64,000 nucleotides of DNA from an uncultured Gemmatimonadales bacterium (GCA_963793305.1 CAWBZV010000003.1:1312001-1376000); one strand, 5' to 3'; counted from the first letter of the stretch, positions 1 through 9,010 are shown. The notes: a model not told the origin generated them from the sequence alone. Made by a program: numbers and translations.

Positions 1-791
1 TGTTCAACTTCGACGCTGGCGCGCGGGCGGACTGGAGCTCGCTCCTCTCCGGCGTGTTCATCTCGCCGAAACTCGCCGCCTCGGTTACTCGCGGCGCTGT
101 CACGGCCGCCCTCAGCTGGGGCGATGGCTATACGCCGCCGTCGCTCGCCGATCAGTTCTTTCACGAGGGCGTGCTGGTCCAGGCGAACCCCTCGCTTCAG
201 CCCGAGCGCGTGCACGACGATATCGAAGCGCGCCTCACGGTCCGCAACGTCACCCTCGGTCCGCTGCATCTCGGGAGCGAAGTCGCCGCGTACCGCTCAA
301 ACGTGGACGGCATGATTCTGTGGTTCCCGGACTTCCGGTTTGTCTGGAGCCCGGAGAATACGAACGTTCATCGCTACGGCTGGGATGCAACGGGTACGCT
401 GTCGGCGTTTGGCGCCTCGCTCCGCGGAACAATCACCAACGTCGCGGTCGACTACGCCACCCGCGCGCTCGGCGGACAGATCGCATACCGTCCACGCGTC
501 AGCGCGGCGGTGACAACCTCGCTCACGCGATGGCGCTTGGGCCTCAATGTGACGACCCGATACATCGGGGATCGCCGTACCGTGCAGGGCTCCGGACTCA
601 ACACCATCGGCGCGTATTGGCTGACCGACGCCCAGCTCACCATGCGTGTGCTCAGCCAGTTCGACCTGCTTGCCGGCGTCGACAACGCCTTCGACCGCCG
701 CGTCGCGCTGCTGTTCGACTATCCACTGCCGGCCCGCACCTGGCGCGTCGGCTTCCGTCTCCACACCCTCTCGACTTCGTCACTCAGATGA
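1..791 (+). CDS. TonB-dependent receptor, C-terminal part (BtuB-like; 5' end outside window)
   Basis: Beta-barrel-type sequence ending ...GVDNAFDRR..DYPLPARTWRVGFR, typical of TBDR C-termini; directly upstream of cobalamin genes. Confidence 0.8.
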   Translation, partial: FNFDAGARADWSSLLSGVFISPKLAASVTRGAVTAALSWGDGYTPPSLADQFFHEGVLVQANPSLQPERVHDDIEARLTVRNVTLGPLHLGSEVAAYRSNVDGMILWFPDFRFVWSPENTNVHRYGWDATGTLSAFGASLRGTITNVAVDYATRALGGQIAYRPRVSAAVTTSLTRWRLGLNVTTRYIGDRRTVQGSGLNTIGAYWLTDAQLTMRVLSQFDLLAGVDNAFDRRVALLFDYPLPARTWRVGFRLHTLSTSSLR

Positions 792-1837
792 TTCGTTCGT
801 TGACCGTGTGCGGCATCGCGATCGCCGCCACCGCCTGTGGCTCGGATACGGCCACCGCCCCGAAAGGATTCCTCAACGGGCAGGTGGGCATCATCGTGAA
901 CTCGACCGGCCGCGCCCTGACCATGTTCCAGCTCGCGTCGCCGTCGACGCAGCAAACGCTGTCGCTCGGGAGTTCGAACGCGATCACACCCGTCGACGCC
1001 AGCGTGCGCGGCAGCCTCGCGGTGGTCCCCCTCGGCGACGCGGCGAGCGCGGCCCTCGTCGATCTCACGAAGCCGACGATCACGCGATTCTTCCTCTACC
1101 CGGCCGGATTCGCCACTGGCTCGGCGTTCGTCGACGACACCACGATCCTCATCGACAATACGGGTGACGGCACGATCGGGCGCGTCACGGTGCACCAAGC
1201 CTCCGATACGATCTCCGACACCGTCACGGTCGCACCGATGCCGAGCGCGATCGTCGTCAGCGGGTCGCATGCATTTGTCGTCTCGGCCAACGAGGACGCG
1301 AACTTCAACTCCCTCGGCAATGGCATCCTGACCGAGGTCGATCTCGGCTCGATGCACGTCACGGGCACCGTGTCGCTCAGCGGGATGAACAGCACGGCCG
1401 GGGCGCTCGGAGCGGACGGCAAGGTCTACGTGCTGAACACCGGAGACTTCGTCAACCCTGGCAGCATGGACATCGTCGACCCTACGTCGCTGACCGTCGT
1501 GCAGACCGTTCCACTCTTCGTCGGCCCGGGCGCGATCCAGGTCAACGCAGCCGGGCTCGCATTTATCTCAAGCTTCAGCGCCGGGACCATCATCTACAAT
1601 ACGGCGACGAAGGCGTTCGTCCGCGGGCCGAATAATCCGCTGTGCGCGCCGTCGCCGAGCGGGTGCCGGGGGGCGTTCGATGCCCAGTCCGACGCGCATG
1701 GCAATGTCTATCAGACGTTCTTCGGAAGCGCGAACGTCCCGGGCCAGGTCTTTGTCTACGCTGCGTCCACGTACGCACTGGCCGACAGTGTGGCCGCCGG
1801 CGTCGGGCCGACCGCCTTGCGTATCGCGTCATTTTGA
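788..1837 (+). CDS. YncE/beta-propeller lipoprotein, BtuG-like candidate
   Basis: ATG 788 overlaps the receptor stop (ATGA); lipobox-like ATAC-GS; beta-propeller repeats (KVYVLNTG, HAFVVS, AAGVGP). Confidence 0.7.
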   Translation: MIRSLTVCGIAIAATACGSDTATAPKGFLNGQVGIIVNSTGRALTMFQLASPSTQQTLSLGSSNAITPVDASVRGSLAVVPLGDAASAALVDLTKPTITRFFLYPAGFATGSAFVDDTTILIDNTGDGTIGRVTVHQASDTISDTVTVAPMPSAIVVSGSHAFVVSANEDANFNSLGNGILTEVDLGSMHVTGTVSLSGMNSTAGALGADGKVYVLNTGDFVNPGSMDIVDPTSLTVVQTVPLFVGPGAIQVNAAGLAFISSFSAGTIIYNTATKAFVRGPNNPLCAPSPSGCRGAFDAQSDAHGNVYQTFFGSANVPGQVFVYAASTYALADSVAAGVGPTALRIASF

Positions 1838-2670
1838 AAAGCGCGCCAACGCTCGCGATGTTACTCGACTGGGCCCTCGGCGAGCCGCCGTCGGCCCTGC
1901 ACCCCGTCGTCTGGATGGGCCGCGCCATCTCGGCCGTTCCGGTGGGATCGTTTCTGGATGGCGCGGCCACTCTCCTCGGCGTCACCCTCGCCTCCGCGGC
2001 GGTCGCGAGCCTCGTGCCTCGCATGCTGGAACCGATCGCTCTCAAGCCGGCGCTCTCCCTACGCGCATTACTCGAAGCCGGAGCAGCGGTCGAGCACGCG
2101 CTGGAGGCCGGTCGACTCGACGAGGCGCAACGTCTCCTCTCGTATCACCTCGTGTCGCGCGACGTGACGAACCTCGACGCGAGCCAGGTCGCGGGCGCCG
2201 CGATTTCATCATTGGCCGAGAACGTGAGTGACAGCGTCGTAGCACCGCTCATGGCGTATCGACTCGGCGGCCTTCCCGCCGCATACGCCTACCGCGCGAT
2301 CAACACGGCCGACGCCATGCTCGGGTATCACACGCCGGAGCTCGAGTGGTTCGGCAAGCCCGCCGCACGCATTGACGACGTCGTGAACTGGCTCCCCGCA
2401 CGTCTCAGCGCCTTGCTGATCGCGATCGCCTCGGGCGCGCCCCGCTCGGCCCTCACGGTCGCGCGGGCCGACGCACGGCGGTGTCCGAGCCCGAACGGCG
2501 GCTGGCCCATGGCCGCAATGGCCGGCGCCCTCGGGGTCGTGCTCGTCAAGCGGGGCGTCTACACATTGCACGCCGGCGGCCGTGCGCCCACGGCCGCCGA
2601 CGTCGCGCGCGCTCGCCACGTCACCGCTGTGACCGCCACCTTGGCCACAGCCCTGGTCGAACTCGCATGA
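1834..2670 (+). CDS. cbiB: adenosylcobinamide-phosphate synthase CbiB
   Basis: LDWALGEP..HPVVWMG, LVSRD, SLAENVSDSVVAPL, YRAINTADAMLGY, SPNGGWPMAAMAGALGV motifs; TTG start overlaps upstream TGA. Confidence 0.92.
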   Translation: MKSAPTLAMLLDWALGEPPSALHPVVWMGRAISAVPVGSFLDGAATLLGVTLASAAVASLVPRMLEPIALKPALSLRALLEAGAAVEHALEAGRLDEAQRLLSYHLVSRDVTNLDASQVAGAAISSLAENVSDSVVAPLMAYRLGGLPAAYAYRAINTADAMLGYHTPELEWFGKPAARIDDVVNWLPARLSALLIAIASGAPRSALTVARADARRCPSPNGGWPMAAMAGALGVVLVKRGVYTLHAGGRAPTAADVARARHVTAVTATLATALVELA

Positions 2671-3620
2671 TACGGGAGGCGACACACGGTCGCGGCGGTT
2701 TCGCCGTTTGCGTCAACGCCTACGGTCCGGCGCCCAGCGTCCGCGAGGCGATCCTCTCGGCGCCGATCGACGCGTATCCCGACGCTCAATGTATCGCGGC
2801 GTGCGAGGCCGCCGCGGCCCGATGGAGACGGCCACTGGACGAGGTCGCGTGCGGCGCGGGGACTGCCGAGTTGATTCACGCGCTGGCGGTGGCCCTGCTT
2901 CGTCCAGGCGATCGCGTCGTCATCCCGCGTCCTGCATTCGCCGAGTATGGCCGCGCCGCGTTGCTCGCGGCCGCGCGAGTGCATCGCCCGTTCCAGGGGG
3001 ATATCCTGGCGGCCATTCGCTCGCACCGCCCGCGACTCGCGTTCATTGCCGCTCCGACGAGTCCCGCCGGCACGCCGATCGCGCGTGAGACGCTCCGTAC
3101 GATTGCCGATGCGTGCGCCGAGAACAACGCGCTCTTGGTGCTGGACCAGGCGTACGACGCATTCACATCCGAGCCACTCGGTACGCCTGCGCTACCGGGC
3201 CATCCAGCGGTCCTGCATTTGCGATCACTCACGAAGGACCACGCGCTCGCCGGCGTGCGCGTAGGCTTCGCGATTGGGCCGACGTCGACCATCGCCGCGC
3301 TCAATCGCGTGCGCGTGCCATGGATGGTCTCGGCCCCCGCCCAAGCCGCCGCAATCGCGGCACTGACGGACGAGGCCGAAGCGCACGTCTGCCGCACGAT
3401 CGCACTACTCCGCCAGAGCGCCTCTGATCTCTGGTCGTGGTGCGACGACGTTGGAATCGAGCGCGTCCCGAGCGACACGCACTATGGTCTGCTGCGCGCT
3501 CGCGCGACCGGAATCCAGGTGCGCGACTGCACGTCATTCGGCCTCCCAGATTGGATCCGCGTGGCCGTCAGAACTGAACCAGAGAACGCCGTCCTGCGGC
3601 GAGGACTCAGACATGGCTGA
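2667..3620 (+). CDS. cobD: threonine-phosphate decarboxylase-like class I/II aminotransferase (CobD of enteric nomenclature)
   Basis: PLP-fold motifs GTAELI, LVLDQAY, LRSLTKDHALAGVRVG, VRDCTSFGL; cob context. Confidence 0.8.
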   Translation: MIREATHGRGGFAVCVNAYGPAPSVREAILSAPIDAYPDAQCIAACEAAAARWRRPLDEVACGAGTAELIHALAVALLRPGDRVVIPRPAFAEYGRAALLAAARVHRPFQGDILAAIRSHRPRLAFIAAPTSPAGTPIARETLRTIADACAENNALLVLDQAYDAFTSEPLGTPALPGHPAVLHLRSLTKDHALAGVRVGFAIGPTSTIAALNRVRVPWMVSAPAQAAAIAALTDEAEAHVCRTIALLRQSASDLWSWCDDVGIERVPSDTHYGLLRARATGIQVRDCTSFGLPDWIRVAVRTEPENAVLRRGLRHG

Positions 3621-4239
3621 CCGCACCGACCCTCTCGCGCCGCCCGATGACGAGGGCCGCAAGGTCCCGCGTCCAAAGCAAAAGCGCCCATCCTCGCGCC
3701 GCGTCCCTCCGCGCGAGCAGCGCCATGGCCTACTGATCGTCCACACCGGCGATGGCAAGGGCAAAACCACGGCCGCCCTCGGCCTACTGTTGCGCGCGGC
3801 CGGCCGCGGCATGACCGTCGGAATGTTTCAGTTCATCAAGAACGCGAACGCCGACTACGGCGAGCACCGCGCCGCACGGCAACTCGGCGTCGAGATCACC
3901 CCACTCGGCGACGGCTTTACGTGGCTCACCGAAAACATCGCCGCCGACCGCACGCTCGCCGAACGCGGCTGGACGCTGTGCCGCGAGGCATTAGCCAAGG
4001 GCACGTTCGACGTACTGATCCTCGACGAGCTCACGTATGCCCTGACATTCGGCTGGCTCGACACGTCGTCGGTCGTATCAGCGATCGCCGAGCGCCCCAA
4101 GGGCACCCACGTCGTCGTCACCGGTCGCGACGCCCCAGCCGCGCTGATCGAAGCGGCGGACCTCGTGACGGAGATGCGGCTCATCAAGCACCCGTACCGC
4201 GACCGCGGCCTCGGCGCGCAGGCCGGTATCGAGCTCTAG
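3613..4239 (+). CDS. cobO: cob(I)yrinic acid a,c-diamide adenosyltransferase
   Basis: HTGDGKGKTTAALG, FQFIK, LILDEL, VVTGR, ADLVTEM..KHP, AQAGIE motifs. Confidence 0.95.
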   Translation: MADRTDPLAPPDDEGRKVPRPKQKRPSSRRVPPREQRHGLLIVHTGDGKGKTTAALGLLLRAAGRGMTVGMFQFIKNANADYGEHRAARQLGVEITPLGDGFTWLTENIAADRTLAERGWTLCREALAKGTFDVLILDELTYALTFGWLDTSSVVSAIAERPKGTHVVVTGRDAPAALIEAADLVTEMRLIKHPYRDRGLGAQAGIEL

Positions 4240-4922
4240 CTACCGTTGTCGAACGCCTTACTTAAAACCATCGCGAGCCCCACAAGGCCGGTTACGGCGG
4301 CGACGCCCGTCGCGGTCGAAAGCTTCGCCTGAAGGTCGGTCGCGATCGCGTAGTTCCGATTCGCGATTTCGGTAGCGTTCGCGTGGGAAGCCCACGCGAT
4401 ATTCAGCTGTTGGCGGACGCCGTCAAGATCGGCCATCAGCACCGCTCGCTCACGACGGAGAGTCCGATTCTGGTTTTCCAACTCGTTCTGCTGGTGCCTC
4501 GCAGCTCGTAGCTCCGACTCTGCCGTGGTTCGCAAGCGTTGCTCTCGCTCGTCGGATGACCGTAGTTCTTCGCGCTCTTCTACGAGCTTTCGGAGTTGCT
4601 GCTTTGTGGCCGCCAACTCCTCGGTGAGCCGCTCATTCTCCCCAACGAGTGTCCCATGATCTTTCGTCAGTGTGGCGACGAAGTGCTCAGCGAGCGGACC
4701 AGTGAGTTCGAGGGAGGCGTCAATTCCTTTGGTGAGCTCCTCTGGACTTGTCGAAAGGGCAGCGGCGATTCGAGCGATGTGTTCCTGCTTCCACGGACGG
4801 CTGCCGGCTAACAACCGACTCACCACCGAAGGTTGGAGTCCGCTCGCTTCGGCCAATTGAGCTTGAGACCAACGCCGAGCGGTCAGCAGATCGCGGATTC
4901 GGATACGGAGGGTCGTGGCCAT
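4236..4922 (-). CDS. XRE-family HTH protein with long coiled coil and C-terminal hydrophobic helix
   Basis: N-terminal WSQAQLAEASGLQPSVVSRLLAG HTH; heptad-rich middle; C-terminal GVAAVTGLVGLAMVL. Alternative ATG at 4937. Confidence 0.75.
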   Translation of the reverse strand: MATTLRIRIRDLLTARRWSQAQLAEASGLQPSVVSRLLAGSRPWKQEHIARIAAALSTSPEELTKGIDASLELTGPLAEHFVATLTKDHGTLVGENERLTEELAATKQQLRKLVEEREELRSSDEREQRLRTTAESELRAARHQQNELENQNRTLRRERAVLMADLDGVRQQLNIAWASHANATEIANRNYAIATDLQAKLSTATGVAAVTGLVGLAMVLSKAFDNGS

Positions 4923-5104
4923 CACGGCATTGTCCATCTGGCAATCTGTATTATACTTGGCACTGATAATTATAAGTAGCTCAAGATTGCCGATTGTCAA
5001 TATAAATGCCGATCTCACTTGCCGGTTCTCTGGCGAATGCTCAAAATATATGTGTATATTGCTCGAATACAGCAAGTAGTACCATACTGACTTGGCATTC
5101 TAGC

Positions 5105-5135
5105 TCACAATACACAATATTATTGTGTATTGTGA
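5105..5135. promoter_or_regulatory. perfect 15-bp inverted repeat, probable AbiEi operator
   Basis: TCACAATACACAATA-T-TATTGTGTATTGTGA in the AT-rich divergent spacer immediately before abiEi. Confidence 0.75.
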
Positions 5136-5956
5136 ATGAATATAGACAGTCAGTTCGGTCAGCTGAATTCTTCGCCACGCATCCAGTTTTTACTCGCGGA
5201 GAGTATCTGGCCACACGCCCGTCGCGCGGCGATCATAGTCGACGCACCGGAGACAACCTGCTCGCCCACTATGCGGGCACCGGTAGAATTCTGCACGTCC
5301 GTCGGGGACTCTACGCCACGGTTCCGGCAGGAACAACAGCCGACGCGGCTGAGCCGGATCCATTTCTTCTTGCGGCCAAACTCGCGCCCGACGCCACGGT
5401 GGCCTATCATGCGGCGCTGCAATTCCGAGGCAAGGCGTACTCGGTATGGCACCGGTTTGCAGTACTCTCGAACACTGTCGTACGTCCTCTGGATTTTCGT
5501 GGGAGCGAGTTTTTTGCAGTGCGGCCGCCAATGGCGATGCGCGGCCTGGCGGATTGGGGCGGTGGCATCGTTGCGGAAAGCCATGCTGGCGGAACCGTCC
5601 GTGCCGCCACCCTCGAACGCACTCTCGTGGATGTGCTGCACGTTCCCAAGCTGGGAGGAGGGTGGGAGGAGATCTGGCGTTCGCTCGAGTTGATCGAGTT
5701 CTTCGATCTCGATGCCGTCATCGAGTACGCTCTCGCGCTGCGATCGGCGCTGACCACGGCGAGGGTCGGATTCTTCCTCGAACAACATCGCGCGCAACTT
5801 TTTGTCGAGGACCATCATCTCTCGCGACTCCGTGCCCAAGCGCCGCGACAACCGCGCTATCTCGACAGTGCGCGGGAACGTGGTGAGCTCGTGAAGGCGT
5901 GGAATCTGGTGATCCCGGAGCGTGTGATCCATCGTTCCTGGGCGGAGACGACGTAA
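5132..5956 (+). CDS. type IV toxin-antitoxin AbiEi-family antitoxin / transcriptional regulator
   Basis: N-terminal wHTH (GRILHVRRGLYA), AYHAALQFRG, ATLERTLVDVL motifs; coupled to the downstream nucleotidyltransferase. Start uncertain (GTG 5132). Confidence 0.85.
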   Translation: MNEYRQSVRSAEFFATHPVFTRGEYLATRPSRGDHSRRTGDNLLAHYAGTGRILHVRRGLYATVPAGTTADAAEPDPFLLAAKLAPDATVAYHAALQFRGKAYSVWHRFAVLSNTVVRPLDFRGSEFFAVRPPMAMRGLADWGGGIVAESHAGGTVRAATLERTLVDVLHVPKLGGGWEEIWRSLELIEFFDLDAVIEYALALRSALTTARVGFFLEQHRAQLFVEDHHLSRLRAQAPRQPRYLDSARERGELVKAWNLVIPERVIHRSWAETT

Positions 5957-6948
5957 TGCTGCCGGGCGCTCAGTTACAACGCGCGGCATCGGAGGGCGGC
6001 TTTCCGGTCGAGTCGTACGAGAAGGTGCAGATACTCCTTCAGTTGCTCGACACTATACGCATCCATCCATTTCTCGGCGACCGCGTTGCGCTGAAGGGAG
6101 GAACAGCCCTAAATCTCTTCGTCCTCGACCTACCGCGTCTTTCCGTTGATGTCGACTTGAACTATCTCGGACCATCAAGTCGCGAGGATGCGCTCTCGGA
6201 ACGACCACTGGTCGAAGAAGCGATCCGGCAGGTGTGTGGTCGAATTGGTATTGCGATCAAGAAAGCCCCATCGGAACACGCCGGTGGCAAGTGGCGTCTG
6301 TCATACCGGTCCGCCTTCGGCAGGCCTGGCACGTTGGAGCTCGACGTTACCTTCATGCTGCGAACGCCACTGTGGCCGGTACTTCGACGCGACTCTCATC
6401 GGATCGGCAATGTCATCGTGACGCGGTTTCCCATTCTCGACACGCACGAGCTTGCGGCGGGGAAGCTCGCCGCCCTCGTCGCTCGGGGAGCGAGTCGGGA
6501 TGTCTTCGATACCCATTCGCTGCTGAGCCAACGGGGCTGGCTCGATCCGATGAAATTGCGGCTCGGGTTCGTCGTGTACGGTGGGGCGAACCGCGTGGAT
6601 TGGCGATCGATCACGAGCGATAGTATTCGGGTATCAGCGAAGGACGCGGATGCGCAGTTACTCCCTATGCTTCGGAGCAGCGTCCGACCCGATAGACCTC
6701 AGGTTGCGGACTGGACCGAAACTCTCGTACGCGAGACACGGCAACTCATGTCCGTTGTGCTGCCACTCACTGACCGCGAGCGCGAGTTCATCGACCATTT
6801 GAATGACAATGGTGAGATCATCCCCGAATTGTTGACCGATGATCCCGGTATGCAATCGATCATCCACGAGCATCCGGGTCTCAAATGGAAAGCGCTCAAT
6901 GTGAAGGAGTATGTTGGGCGCCAGGATGACCCACGGCGATCCGCCTAG
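5956..6948 (+). CDS. AbiEii/AbiGii nucleotidyltransferase toxin
   Basis: LKGGTALNLF..LPRLSVDVDLNY and AGKLAAL..R..SRDVFD motifs; TAATG overlap with abiEi. Confidence 0.92.
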   Translation: MLPGAQLQRAASEGGFPVESYEKVQILLQLLDTIRIHPFLGDRVALKGGTALNLFVLDLPRLSVDVDLNYLGPSSREDALSERPLVEEAIRQVCGRIGIAIKKAPSEHAGGKWRLSYRSAFGRPGTLELDVTFMLRTPLWPVLRRDSHRIGNVIVTRFPILDTHELAAGKLAALVARGASRDVFDTHSLLSQRGWLDPMKLRLGFVVYGGANRVDWRSITSDSIRVSAKDADAQLLPMLRSSVRPDRPQVADWTETLVRETRQLMSVVLPLTDREREFIDHLNDNGEIIPELLTDDPGMQSIIHEHPGLKWKALNVKEYVGRQDDPRRSA

Positions 6949-7670
6949 ATTGACGCGCTGAGTACCAGATAGACGGCGAGCTCGACGAGCTGGTTGGCCG
7001 CGCCGAGGCAGTCGCCCGTGACGCCGCCGAGTCGTCTCCTGAAATACGCGCCGGTCACTGTTGTCACGCCCAGGGCAACCAGCACCGGGATGAACGCTCG
7101 GCGCTGAAGCGCCAGCGCGCAAATTCCGAGCGCCAACACTGTGGCCATAACGAGTCGCAACGTCGTCACGCTGCCGGCGAACGGCGCGCCCTTCGTCCCC
7201 ACGTATTCATAGCGACCAAGGAGCCACACACTCGACCACCGCGCCAGCGTGTGGCCGGCGATCAGCGCCACGACAACGTCCACACGCGTCAGGGAGGCGA
7301 GCGACGCGAGCTTGAGGAGAATGCCCAGAATGAGCGCAACGACCCCGTAGGAGCCGACGCGGCTGTCTTTCATGATCTCGAGCACGCGCTCCGGCGTCGA
7401 TCCGCCGCCGAATCCGTCGGCCGCATCCGCCAGCGCGTCCTCGTGCAATGCACCGGTGACCAGAACCGTGGCGGTGAGCGAGAGGATCAGGGCGACGGGC
7501 GTCGGCCAGAAGATGCTGACGAGCCAGAATACGCCGGCGCCAACGCCGCCGACGAGCGCGCCGATCAGCGGGAAGTAGACCGTCGATGCGCCAAAGTCGC
7601 CCGGATCCAGCGGCCCCGCCCAGGGAACGCGCGTGAGAAACGTGACCGCGGCGCGAAGCGATCGCGTACT
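6945..7670 (-). CDS. cobS: adenosylcobinamide-GDP ribazoletransferase (cobalamin synthase); start codon not resolved
   Basis: FLTRVP, TGALHEDALADAADGFGG, IMKDSRVGSYG, GGVTGDCLGA motifs; no canonical start near the expected 5' end. Confidence 0.9.
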   Translation of the reverse strand, partial: STRSLRAAVTFLTRVPWAGPLDPGDFGASTVYFPLIGALVGGVGAGVFWLVSIFWPTPVALILSLTATVLVTGALHEDALADAADGFGGGSTPERVLEIMKDSRVGSYGVVALILGILLKLASLASLTRVDVVVALIAGHTLARWSSVWLLGRYEYVGTKGAPFAGSVTTLRLVMATVLALGICALALQRRAFIPVLVALGVTTVTGAYFRRRLGGVTGDCLGAANQLVELAVYLVLSASI

Positions 7671-8670
7671 ATGCCTCGCGCGAGACGCTCGCCGAGGCGA
7701 ACGTCGCCATGTCGGTGAGCACCGCGGCGGCCGAGCGGAGCAGGGGAATGGCGAGCGCGGCGCCGGTGCCCTCGCCGAGCCGACACCGGAGGTCGAGCAT
7801 CGGAATGGCGCCGAGGGCCTCCAGTGCGACGCCGTGGCCCTGCTCGGCCGAGCGATGCGCCCAGAAGAGGTTCGTGCGAATGTTCGGATCGATCCGCACG
7901 GCGGCGAGCGTCGCGACGGTCGAGATGAAACCATCAGCCACGACGATCATCCCGTGCGCCGGCGCCTCGAGCGCCGCGCCGGCGATCGCCGCCAGCTCCA
8001 GGCCGCCCAGCGCGGCCAGTGTCGCCTTGGGATTGTCCGAAGCGTGCTTCGCTACCGCCTGCGCGACAACGTCCCGCTTATGCGCCAGGCGCTCGTCGTC
8101 GACACCTGTCCCGCGCCCGACGGTCTCTGACGCCGGCGCGCCAGTCAGGCCGCTCAGCAGCGCCGCGGCCGCGGTGGTGTTGCCGATGCCCATCTCGCCG
8201 AGCCCCACGGCCTGGACGCCTTCGCTGGAGGCCCGCCGGATGGCCTCGCGCCCGACGTTCATGGCCGCCGCGCATTCGTCGGCGGTCATGGCCGGCTCAT
8301 GGAGCATATTGCGCGAGCCCCGACGCACCGACGCGTGCACGATGCCATCGAGCGACGAGAGGTCGGCATTGACGCCCACGTCGATGACCTCGACCTCGAG
8401 GCCATTCGCTTTCGCGAGCACGTTGATCGCCGCGCCACCCCGCGCAAAGTTGCGCATCATTTCCGGCGTCACCTGGGGCGGATACGCGCTCACCCCTTCG
8501 GCCGCGACGCCGTGGTCGGCGCCGAACACCAGGACCCGAGCGCGGTCAATGCGGGGCGTGAGCGTGTTCTGGATGCACGCAAGCCGCACGGCCCAGGTCT
8601 CGAGTTCACCAAGGGAGCCGAGCGGCTTGGTTTTTTCGTCGATAGCGCGTTGCGCGGCGGCGGCGATCAT
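7669..8670 (-). CDS. cobT: nicotinate-nucleotide--dimethylbenzimidazole phosphoribosyltransferase
   Basis: TKPLGSLGELE, ADHGV..GVSAYP..VT, GEMGIGNTT, RLGEGTGA, MATF motifs. Confidence 0.95.
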   Translation of the reverse strand: MIAAAAQRAIDEKTKPLGSLGELETWAVRLACIQNTLTPRIDRARVLVFGADHGVAAEGVSAYPPQVTPEMMRNFARGGAAINVLAKANGLEVEVIDVGVNADLSSLDGIVHASVRRGSRNMLHEPAMTADECAAAMNVGREAIRRASSEGVQAVGLGEMGIGNTTAAAALLSGLTGAPASETVGRGTGVDDERLAHKRDVVAQAVAKHASDNPKATLAALGGLELAAIAGAALEAPAHGMIVVADGFISTVATLAAVRIDPNIRTNLFWAHRSAEQGHGVALEALGAIPMLDLRCRLGEGTGAALAIPLLRSAAAVLTDMATFASASVSREA

Positions 8671-8680
8671 GCGCCGGAAT

Positions 8681-9010
8681 TTACTCGCCGACGAGTTGCG
8701 ACGCCTCCTCGACGACAATTTCCGGCTTGCCCCGGTACAGGACGATCTTCCCGGTGACCTTGGCCTTGTGCGACATGAGCTTATCGACGTCGGGGAACTT
8801 GCTGGCGTTCTTCTCGTCGATGTACGCCGTGAATGACTGATTCGGGTACGCCGCGCCAAAGTCGACGAAGATCGCGTGGAAGCGGGGCGCGTGCTTGACG
8901 TTAGCGACCGTTCCCTCGACCGTCGTCGTTTCACCAACGTGCTTGGCCGCCGAGTCGGCGCTCACCACGACGGTCTGCCACGCGATCACGGCGGCGATAA
9001 GCAACCTCAT
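8681..9010 (-). CDS. small secreted OB-fold protein
   Basis: Short signal-like N-terminus; HVGETTTVEGTV...DFGAAYPNQSFT...VTGKIVLYRGKPEI pattern. Confidence 0.65.
   Translation of the reverse strand: MRLLIAAVIAWQTVVVSADSAAKHVGETTTVEGTVANVKHAPRFHAIFVDFGAAYPNQSFTAYIDEKNASKFPDVDKLMSHKAKVTGKIVLYRGKPEIVVEEASQLVGE

Noticed and set aside
4236..6948. IS element or prophage call for the AbiE islet
   Set aside because: No transposase, integrase, terminal inverted repeats or phage structural genes.
7699..7705. GAACGTC near the cobT end, and other GACGTTC/GAACGTC sites (e.g. near 1715, 13835, 14451, 41047), as extra frameshifts
   Set aside because: Reading frames and conserved motifs (MATF, VTFS, VPTFY) run through them intact.
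1..9000. Cobalamin riboswitch
   Set aside because: No intergenic space with a B12 box in the window; it would be expected upstream of the receptor, outside the window.
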